DNA from: an uncultured Pseudomonadales bacterium
GTDB taxonomy: Bacteria > Pseudomonadota > Gammaproteobacteria > Pseudomonadales > JANQJO01
NCBI GenBank assembly: GCA_964510525.1
Contig: CAZECE010000060.1
Location: 17,586-81,585 of the forward strand
Length of the DNA: 64,000 nucleotides
Reading direction: 5' to 3'
Shown: positions 9,845 to 19,637 of the stretch, piece by piece
How the letters are laid out: each line of letters starts with the position of its first letter
Position numbering within the stretch: position 1 is the first letter of the stretch
The notes under the pieces: model-generated
Database searches by the model: none
What the model was told of the DNA's origin: nothing
What the model saw: only the letters and a program-made list of their open reading frames with translations
Program-made: the position numbers and the translations under genes

Positions 9845-10998
9845 GAGCGGGCCTCCTGATGGAGACTTTCCCGCATTTGGTTGAGTAATTGACTGGCCTT
9901 CAACGACAGATCGGGCGGTATTTCAATGTTGATCTGTTTTAACTCGGCCAGTAACGCGTTCAGTTCATCACGATAGGCACGAAAATCAGCCTCATAATGC
10001 GTGGTTAAGCGCTCTAATTCTTGCATTGTATTGAAATAGAGCCTGGTGTCTTTTTGGATAATGGCGCTGCGTGCTTGTTGAATCAGTAGATCAACTTCCT
10101 GTTTCAAGTGCGTGCTTTGTTCCACTGTTAAGGAGAAGAGACCCTTAGAATCGCTGCGATGCACTTTTACGATGTGAGTTTCAATAAAATGCTGAAAGCG
10201 TTTCATGGCCAGTGCTAGCCTGTCTTTGAGTTGCAGCGGAATGTTTTGTGAGTCCAGGCTCGGCTGGTTATTTGGTTGAATAGATGACGCTTCTGAAGAG
10301 CGTGTTAATGACCGTTGCTTAAGCAAACCTTCATCAATCCAAGTGTGTACCAGGTCTAGTTGGCCGATCAGCTCGGCGTGATCGGGCATTTTGGTGCTGG
10401 ATAAGCGTTGTAGATCTTGGCGAATTGAATCACAAACATTTTGGATGGCACCTGATGGAATACGGCGGCATTCGTTTTCGGCTTTTTCTAGGGACAAGCG
10501 CGCTTGCTTGGGAGATTGGGTTAAAAACAATTGACGTTGTGCATCATTCAGCATTGTGGCTAAGTGCTCGATTTGGCGCTCCAGTTGAGTGGATTTAAAA
10601 GCCGATTGCCAACGAGACTCCAATAATACCAGCTGTTGTTGCAGACGTTGAATTTGACTTGCTTGCGCTGATGTCGTGTTTTGTGCTCGGGATAACTGAC
10701 TGGCTTGCGCGCTGAGTTCGGACTGGGCCTGCTTCAACGCTTGCTGTAGGCTCGCCTGTTCGGTGCCTTGTTGTGCGTTGGCCAGTTGCTGTTTTAACAG
10801 TTGGAATTCTTGATAACCCCACGCGATGAGGCCGATGCTGGTGATGCCCAGCATTAAATTAACCAGCAGTGTGAAGCCAAGCCAGTTAGAGGAGGTTTTG
10901 GTTTTAGCGGGCTTGGGTTGTACAGTCGTACTTTGCACAGTTGTACTTTGCCCAGTTTTACTTGGCTCAGTCGTTGAGAGGTCTTGTGAATCGGTCAT
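9841..10998 (-). CDS. hemX: HemX-like membrane protein (coiled coil)
   Basis: 385 aa with one TM (WLGFTLLVNLMLGITSIGLIAWG) and Q-rich coiled coil. It sits between hemD and hemY and overlaps both neighbours by 4 nt. Confidence 0.75.
   Translation of the reverse strand: MTDSQDLSTTEPSKTGQSTTVQSTTVQPKPAKTKTSSNWLGFTLLVNLMLGITSIGLIAWGYQEFQLLKQQLANAQQGTEQASLQQALKQAQSELSAQASQLSRAQNTTSAQASQIQRLQQQLVLLESRWQSAFKSTQLERQIEHLATMLNDAQRQLFLTQSPKQARLSLEKAENECRRIPSGAIQNVCDSIRQDLQRLSSTKMPDHAELIGQLDLVHTWIDEGLLKQRSLTRSSEASSIQPNNQPSLDSQNIPLQLKDRLALAMKRFQHFIETHIVKVHRSDSKGLFSLTVEQSTHLKQEVDLLIQQARSAIIQKDTRLYFNTMQELERLTTHYEADFRAYRDELNALLAELKQINIEIPPDLSLKASQLLNQMRESLHQEARS
10922..10966. repeat. 15-bp x ~3 imperfect tandem repeat inside hemX
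   Basis: ACAGTCGTACTTTGC / ACAGTTGTACTTTGC / CCAGTTTTACTTGGC. It encodes QSTTVQSTTVQ in the HemX N-terminal tail. Confidence 0.75.
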
Positions 10999-11837
10999 GA
11001 GGATAATTTCCGGAAGCTGTTTAATAAATCTTCGTCTTTAAGGCTGTTTGAAAGTGCAATGCGTTTAAACCCTAACAGGTGGGCTTGTTTTTGCAATCGT
11101 TGACTGATCACCAGTATGGGCAGTTCTGTAATTGCAGTTGATGCAGAGGAATGTGGTTGAGCTAACGCTTGCCAATGGTTCATCAGGTTTTGCAGAGAGG
11201 TTTCGCTGGTGATTATGATGCCTCCTCGACCTGAAGAGTTCAAGGTAAGATCAGGGTCGATGCCGATCCGTTGAAGAGCCTCGAGGATAATTGAGGGTGC
11301 ATATTCCACAGATGCGCGTTGATAGACAGACCAGTAATCGACGTGATTGTGTTGTTGAGTCAGTTGGTTTTTTAGCAGTTCGCGCCCCTCGCTGCCTCGT
11401 ATGATCAACCAACGCTGATTGGTACTGTTTTGCAATGGCGGCAGCGCGAGCAAACCTTCTGAGGTCTCTTCAATAGGGGCTGCTGCATTCAGATTAAAAG
11501 CAGTCAGTGCGGTTTGGGTGTGAGAGCCGACGGCAAACCATTGAGTGTGGTGCAGCGTCTTAGGGTGATGCGATGCGAGATAACCCACACCGATTTTGGC
11601 CGCGGTCGGGCTGATGCAAATGACCCCATCATAAGACGTGACATCTATGTTTGCTTGCGCCAGTTCGGTGTCTGGTAAGGGGTCACGCTTCAGCAAGGGC
11701 AGAGACACTGTATTAAGTCCCCACTGCTCCAGCCGCTGACAAAGCGCTTGGCTCTCAGGTTCCGGTCGGGTAATCAACCAGGTATTTGGGTTATAGGTAT
11801 GGGTATCACTCATCGCATCAGAGGGCGTTGGCTGCAT
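10995..11837 (-). CDS. hemD: Uroporphyrinogen-III synthase
   Basis: About 270-280 aa, immediately downstream of hemC. The fold-level pattern is weakly conserved, so the call rests mainly on operon position. The alternative start ATG 11813 avoids overlap with hemC. Confidence 0.75.
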   Translation of the reverse strand: MQPTPSDAMSDTHTYNPNTWLITRPEPESQALCQRLEQWGLNTVSLPLLKRDPLPDTELAQANIDVTSYDGVICISPTAAKIGVGYLASHHPKTLHHTQWFAVGSHTQTALTAFNLNAAAPIEETSEGLLALPPLQNSTNQRWLIIRGSEGRELLKNQLTQQHNHVDYWSVYQRASVEYAPSIILEALQRIGIDPDLTLNSSGRGGIIITSETSLQNLMNHWQALAQPHSSASTAITELPILVISQRLQKQAHLLGFKRIALSNSLKDEDLLNSFRKLSS

Positions 11838-12789
11838 CTAATAGACTTTGAGCGCCCTGTGATAAAAGATCCTCAGCGACGTCTTGACCCAATTGAGCAA
11901 TGGCGTGAGCGGGCTGATGATCATGAGGTGGCATTTGATCAGGTTCCAGTACGAGCTCTTTATGAGACAGGAGTCGCCTTTGTCCGTCGTGACTGGCAAC
12001 GAGCCCGGTGAGCGATAAGGTGGTTGCTGCTGTCCATTGCGCGAAACCTGCAATGGGCGACTGACAATTGCCGCCCAGCTGAAGATTTAATGCGCGCTCA
12101 GCTTGCACGGCCAACGTGGTCTTTAGATCTCCTAGGGGCTTAAGCAGATCAATGATCTCTTGTCGTTCGCTCAGGCATTCGATGCCCACAGCGCCTTGGC
12201 CTATGGCGGGTAAACAAACATCAGTACTCAAGCGCTCGGCGATATGCTCTGCTTGATTGAGTCGCTCTAATCCGGCGCAGGCTAGAATAATGCCGTCCAA
12301 GTTTTCATCAGTCAGTTTTTTCAACCGGGTCTGCAGGTTGCCGCGGATGGGCACGATATTTAAATCGGGCCGCTGGTGCAGCAGCTGGCTTTGGCGCCTA
12401 AGGCTAGACGTACCCAGGATGGCATTCTGAGGTAGGGCTTGTATGCTCTTGGTGGAGTGGCTAACCAAGGCGTCTTCCACGCTGCCTCGAGGCAACATGG
12501 CGGCGATCGAAAAAGGTTCAGGCAGTATAGCGGGTACGTCTTTCATTGAATGCACTGCAATGTCTGCGATGTTTTCAAGTAGGGCTTGTTCAAGTTCCTT
12601 AATAAAGAGCCCTTTACCGCCAATTTTACTGAGGCTGGTTTCGAGTAGAATATCCCCTTGGGTTTTCACGGGCAGCAATTCAATGATTAAGTCAGGGTAG
12701 TGTTGTTGAATTTGGGCTTTGGCCCACTCACTTTGCCAAAGAGCCAGAGGGCTGTTGCGGGTAGCTATGGTTATTTTTTGAAGAGGCAT
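11818..12789 (-). CDS. hemC: Hydroxymethylbilane synthase (porphobilinogen deaminase)
   Basis: N-terminus ITIATRNSPLALWQSEW, then ...VHSMKDVP...LRGNLQTRL. Confidence 0.95.
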   Translation of the reverse strand: MPLQKITIATRNSPLALWQSEWAKAQIQQHYPDLIIELLPVKTQGDILLETSLSKIGGKGLFIKELEQALLENIADIAVHSMKDVPAILPEPFSIAAMLPRGSVEDALVSHSTKSIQALPQNAILGTSSLRRQSQLLHQRPDLNIVPIRGNLQTRLKKLTDENLDGIILACAGLERLNQAEHIAERLSTDVCLPAIGQGAVGIECLSERQEIIDLLKPLGDLKTTLAVQAERALNLQLGGNCQSPIAGFAQWTAATTLSLTGLVASHDGQRRLLSHKELVLEPDQMPPHDHQPAHAIAQLGQDVAEDLLSQGAQSLLDAANAL

Positions 12790-12890
12790 GATGTTTGGTC
12801 GTATCCAGTGAATAAAGGCGTTTAATTCTAAGGGTATGGGCGTAAAATGTACATTTAGAATCTCTTAATCAAGGTTAATAATTTCACTAA

Positions 12891-13898
12891 ATGTCTTTTC
12901 AAAATACGTTACACAGAGCCTATGGTCCCATAGGGTATCAAGCCGATTTCAAAGCATTTCCTGAAGACTTCCAAGTCAATGAAGCGTTGGGGGTTTCGCC
13001 GTCGGGCTCGGGTGAGCACTTGCTGTTACGGATTCGAAAAACCAGCCAAAACACCCACTGGGTAGCCAAGTTATTAGCTGAGTACGTCGGTGTCTCTGAA
13101 AAAGATGTGGGCTATTGCGGGCGAAAAGATCGGCATGCCATCACGACTCAATGGTTCAGCCTCTACATGCCAAAGCAACAGCAGCAGCTTCTCACTCAAA
13201 CCGATCGTCAGTGGCATGATTTTAAACCTGATGGCGTTGAACTGCTGGAGCAACATTGGCACAAACAAAAGCTCAGGCGTGGGGTGCATCAAGCCAATCA
13301 TTTTAAGATTCGATTGCGATCTGTCTGCAAGCTTAACGCTCAAGAAGCGTTAACCACGCAAGACAAGCTGCAGCTTGCTGAAAAATTAAATCAAATAACT
13401 AAGAGTGGGGTGCCCAATTATTTTGGTGAGCAACGCTTTGGTCGAGAAGGAAAAAATCTAGAATCTGCTCAAAAGTGGTTTGCGCAAAACCAAAAGCCTT
13501 CGAGGCGAGAAAAGTCGATGATTTTATCCAGTGCACGTTCTTATTTGTTTAATCGGGTACTCGCGCAACGTGTCGCCGACAATAATTGGGATCAATTGAT
13601 TGAAGGGGATGTACCTCTTGATTCTAAACCCTCTGGTCCCTTGTGGGGGCGAGGACGATCAGCTGCAATGGATGATGCGTTAACCTATGAACAGCAGGTG
13701 TTGGCACCATGGGCGCAGTGGTGCGATGGGTTGGAGCATCAGGGGTTGCAACAAGAACGCAGGTCGTTGGTGTTGCGGCCTAATGATTTTACCTATGGTT
13801 GGGATCAAGACGATTTAATCGTGGAATTTGCGCTATCCCCAGGACAATTTGCGACCGCTGTGCTGGCTGAGTTGGTGAAATTGAATCAGGCTTATTGA
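12891..13898 (+). CDS. truD: tRNA pseudouridine(13) synthase
   Basis: FKAFPEDFQVNEALGVSPSGSGEHLLLRIRK...GYCGRKDRHAITTQWFS parallels E. coli TruD. Confidence 0.92.
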   Translation: MSFQNTLHRAYGPIGYQADFKAFPEDFQVNEALGVSPSGSGEHLLLRIRKTSQNTHWVAKLLAEYVGVSEKDVGYCGRKDRHAITTQWFSLYMPKQQQQLLTQTDRQWHDFKPDGVELLEQHWHKQKLRRGVHQANHFKIRLRSVCKLNAQEALTTQDKLQLAEKLNQITKSGVPNYFGEQRFGREGKNLESAQKWFAQNQKPSRREKSMILSSARSYLFNRVLAQRVADNNWDQLIEGDVPLDSKPSGPLWGRGRSAAMDDALTYEQQVLAPWAQWCDGLEHQGLQQERRSLVLRPNDFTYGWDQDDLIVEFALSPGQFATAVLAELVKLNQAY

Positions 13899-13948
13899 AC
13901 AGAGTGTTGGCAGGAAGTTATAGGATATTCTGGTTTCTTTGTTAACCT

Positions 13949-14458
13949 TTAATGCGTAACGAGCTGTTGAACTTCTTTCATGGGTATAAATAATTTGTCA
14001 GGATATCCTTGAAAGGGTAAAAAATGGAAATGTTTATAAAATAAGACAGCGTCATCATCAATGGCTTCGACGATCACCGCCATAGAGGCAATTTCACTTG
14101 AAAGTGACCAAGCTCGATATAGCGCATTAACAAGCAGTCGTTTTCCGATGCCTTCTCCTTGTAGCGAATTATCAACGGCTAAGCGCCCAATCAATGTGGC
14201 GGGTAAAGAAGGGTATTTCGGCAGTTTTTTTTGTAGGTTTTTGGGTAGATCACTTAACAGCAGCGTGGTGGCCGAAAGTGTGTAATACCCTTTGATCTGA
14301 AGACTGTCATGCTCGGTGAGAACAAAAACAGCCGCCACTTTCCGCTTTAAATCTTGTGAGGCGTGTTGAACGAGGTAGGTATCGAGTTCATCATTGCCAC
14401 AGGAAAATAAAGAACGATCGTGCTGTTTGGTCAGTGGCAAAATTTGAAATCTTGACAC
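13949..14458 (-). CDS. GNAT-family acetyltransferase toxin (TacT-like) of a type II TA module
   Basis: 169 aa with a GTG start 3 nt after the antitoxin stop. Motifs FSCGNDELDTYL, GYYTLSA, KKLPKYPSLPATLIGRLAVD and QGEGIGKRLL (acetyl-CoA loop). Confidence 0.85.
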   Translation of the reverse strand: MSRFQILPLTKQHDRSLFSCGNDELDTYLVQHASQDLKRKVAAVFVLTEHDSLQIKGYYTLSATTLLLSDLPKNLQKKLPKYPSLPATLIGRLAVDNSLQGEGIGKRLLVNALYRAWSLSSEIASMAVIVEAIDDDAVLFYKHFHFLPFQGYPDKLFIPMKEVQQLVTH

Positions 14459-14461
14459 GTA

Positions 14462-14758
14462 TTAACCTTTATTAGGTGGGTATTGCTTAAAAGCATCAGC
14501 CAGAACAGGCAGATCTTTTTTCTTGCGTTGATTGAGCAGTGCATCCACAAAATTTTCACTGTCTTTAGCATTTAGGCTAAGCGTGATTTTATGTTGTTTT
14601 AGCACTCTTAAGGCTTCTTCATAGGCGGAGTGCGTCATAAAGTCAGTCAGGGAGAGGCCTTGTAACCGAGCAGCATGCTCAAACAAGGATTTGTGCTCCT
14701 TGCTAACGCGTGCTGCGATGCGTTCGTTTTTAGATGGGGGTTGTTGATGCATGTCCAT
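14462..14758 (-). CDS. DUF1778 ribbon-helix-helix antitoxin (TacA-like)
   Basis: 98 aa. RIAARVSKEHKSLFEHAARLQGLSLTDFM is the typical DUF1778 N-terminus. It lies directly upstream of the GNAT toxin. Confidence 0.85.
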   Translation of the reverse strand: MDMHQQPPSKNERIAARVSKEHKSLFEHAARLQGLSLTDFMTHSAYEEALRVLKQHKITLSLNAKDSENFVDALLNQRKKKDLPVLADAFKQYPPNKG

Positions 14759-14763
14759 TTTTT

Positions 14764-14793
14764 AAATGTACGCCAATATGGCGTACATTTCAA
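14764..14793 (-). promoter_or_regulatory. Candidate autoregulated promoter/operator of the TacAT-like module
   Basis: Perfect 12-bp inverted repeat AAATGTACGCCA-ata-TGGCGTACATTT (14764-14790). On the minus strand, TTGAAA (-35, 14788-14793), a 17-nt spacer and TACATT (-10, 14765-14770) end about 6 nt before the ATG. This implies a near-leaderless mRNA. Confidence 0.5.
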
Positions 14794-14920
14794 GTGCGTA
14801 TTTGCTGGCGAAAGTTGCTGTTAAAGGTCTCGAAGTTAAAGAGTTTGGTAAGCCGGCCAAACCCATATATATTTCACGCTTTATATCAAAATCACTTAAA
14901 ACATCGGTTAGGGAGAGTCA

Positions 14921-16342
14921 ATGAGTAACGAAGGTAAGGCGGGCGCAAATATGTGGGGAGGGCGGTTTACCGAAGCCACGGATGAATTTGTGATGGCGTT
15001 TACCGCGTCTATTAATTTTGACCAGCGCCTGGCTTTGTTTGACATTCAAGGCTCTCAGGCCCACGCCAAGATGTTGGCCAAAGTGGGGGTGTTAACGGCG
15101 GAAGAAAATACCGCGATTCAACAGGGGCTTAGTGAGATCCAGCAAACAATTGAAGCGGGTCAGTTTGAATTTTCAGTAGCGCTTGAAGACATTCATATGA
15201 ATATCGAGGCCTTATTGACCGAAAAAATCGGCGATGTGGGTAAAAAATTGCATACCGGGCGTTCCCGTAACGATCAGGTCGCGACCGATATTCGCCTCTA
15301 TCTTCGCGCCGAACTGGATGACATCCTGAGTACGATCACCACTCTGCAATCCGGATTGTTGGGTTTGGCGGCACAACATCACGCAACGGTGATGCCTGGT
15401 TTTACTCATTTGCAGGCGGCCCAGCCGGTGACCTTTGGGCATCATGTATTGGCTTGGTATGCCATGTTTGAGCGCGATTGGGAGCGTTTGAAGCAGTGTC
15501 GGGATCGGGTCAATACCTTGCCTTTGGGAGCGGCCGCTTTGGCGGGCACGACATTTCCAATTGATCGTGAATACACGGCGCACTTGTTAGGTTTTGAAGG
15601 TGTTTGTCTGAATTCGTTAGATGCGGTTAGTGATCGAGATTTTGCCATGGAGTTTTGTGCGAACGCCAGTATTGCGATGATTCATCTTTCCCGTATTGCG
15701 GAAGAGTTGGTTCTTTGGGTCAGTCCGCAGTTTGATTTTATCCAATTGCCAGACCGTTATTGCACGGGTTCTTCGATCATGCCACAGAAAAAGAATCCGG
15801 ATGTGCCCGAGTTAGTGCGCGGTAAATCAGGCCGTGTCGTAGGTAATACTATGTCACTGTTGATGCTCATGAAAAGCCAGCCGCTGGCGTACAACAAAGA
15901 CAATCAAGAAGACAAAGAGCCCTTGTTCGATACGGCCGATACTTTAAAGCAGTCGTTAATGGCATTCGCTGACATGTTACCTAACATCCAAGTGCAAGCA
16001 GATCGAATGCGAGACGCCGCGCTAGCGGGCTTTAGTACGGCGACGGATTTGGCGGATTATTTAGTGCGAAAACAATTACCGTTTCGAGATGCGCACGAGG
16101 TTGTCGGGCAAGTGGTGCAGTTTTGTATTCAGCAACACGTGCATTTAGAAAATTTATCCCTGGAACAATTACAACAGTTTTCTTCGTTGATTACCACAGA
16201 TGTCTTTGAATGTTTGAGCTTAAATGGTTCAGTGGCAGCACGATGCCATGTGGGTGGCACAGCGCCTGAGCAAGTGCAATCTCAAATCAAACAATATCGA
16301 GAAATGCTGTCTTTGAGAGAAAAAAAACGATTAATGACGTAA
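14921..16342 (+). CDS. argH: Argininosuccinate lyase
   Basis: [14 protein letters not shown] plus the fumarate-lyase signature [12 protein letters not shown]. Confidence 0.96.
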   Translation: MSNEGKAGANMWGGRFTEATDEFVMAFTASINFDQRLALFDIQGSQAHAKMLAKVGVLTAEENTAIQQGLSEIQQTIEAGQFEFSVALEDIHMNIEALLTEKIGDVGKKLHTGRSRNDQVATDIRLYLRAELDDILSTITTLQSGLLGLAAQHHATVMPGFTHLQAAQPVTFGHHVLAWYAMFERDWERLKQCRDRVNTLPLGAAALAGTTFPIDREYTAHLLGFEGVCLNSLDAVSDRDFAMEFCANASIAMIHLSRIAEELVLWVSPQFDFIQLPDRYCTGSSIMPQKKNPDVPELVRGKSGRVVGNTMSLLMLMKSQPLAYNKDNQEDKEPLFDTADTLKQSLMAFADMLPNIQVQADRMRDAALAGFSTATDLADYLVRKQLPFRDAHEVVGQVVQFCIQQHVHLENLSLEQLQQFSSLITTDVFECLSLNGSVAARCHVGGTAPEQVQSQIKQYREMLSLREKKRLMT

Positions 16343-16462
16343 TCTAAAGTCTGTTCAATATTCGGTCGATCTATAATCAATTGTATCGAGGTGAAAACCT
16401 CTTCCAAAATTGATGTTAAAGATAGCAGCCAAGTGCTATCTGAATGGATCTCGAGGTCATAG

Positions 16463-19318
16463 ATGCAGTCGGCTCCCAAACCTGTCGTCAGAGACAGTAT
16501 TGATCAAAAAGCGTTGTTGGCGGTTAAAAAGCGCTTTATGCAGATCAATCATGCGCGACTTAGAAGAACCATTAGCACCTTGAATCCGCATCAAGAAGTG
16601 TTCTTTGAAAGTTTGCCGATGCTGCTGCATGTCAACCACCCCTTGCTGCCTGGGTACGTGTCAGACAGTACGCCGAGTGGCATCAGTTGTTACGAGCCCA
16701 GCCGGCAACAAGTCCGTGCGGTTAAAAGCATTGCGCGAACTTTTCAGTATGAAGAGCTCGATGCTAAAGCGCCGCGTTTGATTGAAAACATTTCTATGAT
16801 GGGCTCTTGTGGCACTATTGCGCACTCCCGTTCCAGTGACATGGATTTCTGGGTGTGTCATGACCCTAATTTACTGTCAGGGCAGTTATCGGAGCTTGAA
16901 AAGAAACTCGATCTGATTCAACAGTGGGCGGAAGGGTTAGGCCTAGAAGTTTACTTTTTTCTAATGGATGCCAGCCGCTTCCGGCAGGGGTTGCGTCGTG
17001 GCGTTTCAGGGGAGGACTGCGGAACCGCGCAGCATTATTTGTTGTTAGATGAATTCTATCGAACTTCCATCTTAATTGAAGGACGTTACCCCGTATGGTG
17101 GCTGGTGCCTTCGGAGCTGGAGGCCAGTTACGATGAATTTGTTGAACAGTTAAGGACTGGAAAGCACATTGCGCCAGATGAATGTATTGACTTTGGTGGC
17201 ATTGCGCGAATACCGGCGGGTGAGTTTATTGGCGCTGGTATGTGGCAGCTCTACAAGGGAATCGATTCACCTTATAAATCCGTTATAAAAATTATGCTAA
17301 CGGAACTCTACGCCAGTGAGCACCCGAACGTTCAGCCGCTGAGTGTGAGTTTCAAACATGCGATTTATTCTGGACGTTTGGAGTTAAACCAATTAGACCC
17401 TTATGTGATGTTATATCGCCGATTAGCGGAGTATTTCAAAAAACAAAAAGCCGATGGGCGTTTAGAGTTGTTGAGGCGTTGCTTGTATTTAAAAATCAAT
17501 GAACCGATGAGTCGCCCTGAAGGTCGAGGTACCTTGAAGTGGCGTCGAGAAGCCATGGGGGAGTTGGTTGAAGAGTGGGGTTGGGACAGCGTTCAATATA
17601 AAACCCTCGATGGACGAACCAACTGGAAAGTGCATCAAGTCAAAAATGAACGCAAACGTTTGGTGGATGAGCTCAATTTCAGTTATCGGTTTTTATCTCG
17701 TTTTGCTCGTGAGAACCGGTCCGCTTTATTGATTGATGAGCAAGATATGAATTTGCTGGGCCGCAAACTTTATGCGGCGTTCGAGCGTAAAAGTGGCAAA
17801 GTTGAGTTAATTAACCCTAATATCGTGCCGAGCTTAACGGAGGAGTATCTCACGTTAATTCGTGAAGAAGCTGACCCTCATTCTCAAAAACCCAGTACGT
17901 GGGTGATTTATGGTGGGCGCGTTAAGTTAGAAGAGCAAGACATTCATGAGCCCATCAAGCGTGGGCGCAGTGTCGTGGAATTAATGGTTTGGTGTTATTT
18001 CAATGGCATTGTTGATGTTACGACAAACTTCGTCTTATTCCCCGGTTTTTCAAAACTGACAGAACCTGAAATTAAGCGCATTGTCTCAGCCTTGCAAGGC
18101 GTTTACCCCAATATGGTGGGGCCTGCTGAGCAGCAGCAATACCATTCGGCGGCGTCACCCAAGCAGTTAATTTTGTTTGTGAATATTGGTAAAGATCCAA
18201 TGAGTGATTTGAACCGAAAGGGCGTTCAACGCTTAACGGATCGAACAGACCCTTTTAATTATTCAGGGTTGAGGAAAAACTTGGTTTTATCGATTGATCA
18301 AGTGTTAGTGAACAGTTGGCATGAAATTACGACCAGTTTTTATTCTTACGATAATGTGATGATTGATTGCTTATTGGATTTTTTGCGTCAGGTGCAGCGC
18401 CTGGACTTAACGGGTATGTGTGATGTTCAGGTATTTTGCTTTTCATCCGATCGAGCAACGTCGATTGCAGAGCGTGTGGAAGCGGTTTTTAATCAGGTTG
18501 TGCAACGATTTTGTTTAACGCCAGATGCGTATCCGTGTCGCTATGTATTAGAGATGGATCAAGGATTTTATGTTTTAGATAATGAAAAGAAAAAACCGAA
18601 TGCCGTTTATTGTCGTTCCAAATTAGAACTTTTAAAGTACTTAGGGCGAGTGCAGTCTAACCCTGATTTTGTGGAATTGATTTTTGATTCACAAGCGCTG
18701 TCATCGGATTTGTTGCCGGAGTTGGCGCGCTTTAATCGGCCGAATTCCGTTCAAGTTTTTTATCAAAAACTCAATATGGAAGATGTTGGTATCCACATTT
18801 TTGATGAGTTTGGTTCCTGTTTTTATTGGCAGGAACATCACATTGAAGAACAGGCGTATTTTTCTCGTTTGGTTCAGTTTATACAACGAGCGCATTCGCG
18901 AGAAAATTTAAGTATTGGGGAATCTGAAAATGTTTTTGTACCCAAAATACAATGCTTTGAGCTGTTTAAATCGCGAAAACTCACCATTGAACGGCGTGAG
19001 TTTAAATCCAATGCGTTGGAAATTAATTATCATCCGGTGCAAGTGTTGGTTAAACAAAAAGACCCTCAATCTCATCACTATACCTTTTACTGCGATCACT
19101 TGGAATTTTCAGAGTTTGAACACGGTGATGATATTTTTAAAGTGGTCGCAGGGTACATACATCAGCAGCGATTAAACGGCGAAAAGTACCCGATCCATAT
19201 TACGGATTTGGATTTGTCAGGCCTTCAAGACGACTCCAGGCATCATTCGACCAGTTTTTTCTTGCAGCAAAAGTTTGCGTTGGAAGGGTTGTTAAATCGG
19301 GCGTTGCAGTTGCTTTGA
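16463..19318 (+). CDS. cyaA: Class I adenylate cyclase
   Basis: 951 aa. The catalytic-region motif MGSCGTIAHSRSSDMDFWVCH resembles E. coli CyaA. It lies near hemC, as in enterics and Pseudomonas. Confidence 0.9.
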   Translation: MQSAPKPVVRDSIDQKALLAVKKRFMQINHARLRRTISTLNPHQEVFFESLPMLLHVNHPLLPGYVSDSTPSGISCYEPSRQQVRAVKSIARTFQYEELDAKAPRLIENISMMGSCGTIAHSRSSDMDFWVCHDPNLLSGQLSELEKKLDLIQQWAEGLGLEVYFFLMDASRFRQGLRRGVSGEDCGTAQHYLLLDEFYRTSILIEGRYPVWWLVPSELEASYDEFVEQLRTGKHIAPDECIDFGGIARIPAGEFIGAGMWQLYKGIDSPYKSVIKIMLTELYASEHPNVQPLSVSFKHAIYSGRLELNQLDPYVMLYRRLAEYFKKQKADGRLELLRRCLYLKINEPMSRPEGRGTLKWRREAMGELVEEWGWDSVQYKTLDGRTNWKVHQVKNERKRLVDELNFSYRFLSRFARENRSALLIDEQDMNLLGRKLYAAFERKSGKVELINPNIVPSLTEEYLTLIREEADPHSQKPSTWVIYGGRVKLEEQDIHEPIKRGRSVVELMVWCYFNGIVDVTTNFVLFPGFSKLTEPEIKRIVSALQGVYPNMVGPAEQQQYHSAASPKQLILFVNIGKDPMSDLNRKGVQRLTDRTDPFNYSGLRKNLVLSIDQVLVNSWHEITTSFYSYDNVMIDCLLDFLRQVQRLDLTGMCDVQVFCFSSDRATSIAERVEAVFNQVVQRFCLTPDAYPCRYVLEMDQGFYVLDNEKKKPNAVYCRSKLELLKYLGRVQSNPDFVELIFDSQALSSDLLPELARFNRPNSVQVFYQKLNMEDVGIHIFDEFGSCFYWQEHHIEEQAYFSRLVQFIQRAHSRENLSIGESENVFVPKIQCFELFKSRKLTIERREFKSNALEINYHPVQVLVKQKDPQSHHYTFYCDHLEFSEFEHGDDIFKVVAGYIHQQRLNGEKYPIHITDLDLSGLQDDSRHHSTSFFLQQKFALEGLLNRALQLL

Positions 19319-19331
19319 TCTAATTTACTTG

Positions 19332-19508
19332 ATGAAAAAGGCGATTGCTGAATTCATTGAACGTGAAGAACAGGCTGAAACGAAGAGACAAGAAACCTGT
19401 TCTCGCTGGGAAGAGATTCAACAAGGAAAAACAATTGCTAATGATGCTGTTATGGATTGGCTTGACAGTTGGGGCAAAGATGAAGAAAAACCAAGGCCTC
19501 GATGTTAG
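19332..19508 (+). pseudogene. 5'-truncated CopG/ParD-type antitoxin remnant
   Basis: 58-codon ORF, absent from the track: MKKAIAEFIEREEQAETKRQETCSRWEEIQQGKTIANDAVMDWLDSWGKDEEKPRPRC. It matches only the C-terminal two thirds of RHH antitoxins. The frame closes at a stop at 19293, inside the cyaA 3' end, so the RHH strand and helix are missing. Confidence 0.45.
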
Positions 19509-19617
19509 TTGAAATTGTTTGGGCCGACATAAAGAGGGTTGCGTTTATGTTTTGTATATAAAGCATATGCGTGAGAACAGTTTTCGCAGCCAGAAAAAAA
19601 ATACTAAGGTTTTTTAA
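19502..19617 (+). pseudogene. ParE/RelE-type toxin remnant (internal deletion plus frame break)
   Basis: ATG 19502 overlaps the antitoxin stop (ATGTTAG) and gives MLVEIVWADI..., stopping at 19561. A second frame reads GCVYVLYIKHMRENSFRSQ..., which resembles the toxin C-terminal xIxILxIxHxR motif. Together only about 35 of roughly 95 expected residues are present. Confidence 0.35.
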
Positions 19618-19637
19618 GTTGCGACGTAAAAAAGTCT

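Noticed and set aside
16388-16401. Hairpin GAGGT-GAAA-ACCTC after argH as an intrinsic terminator
   Set aside because: The stem is only 5 bp and a poor U-tract (CTTCC) follows. That is too weak to call.
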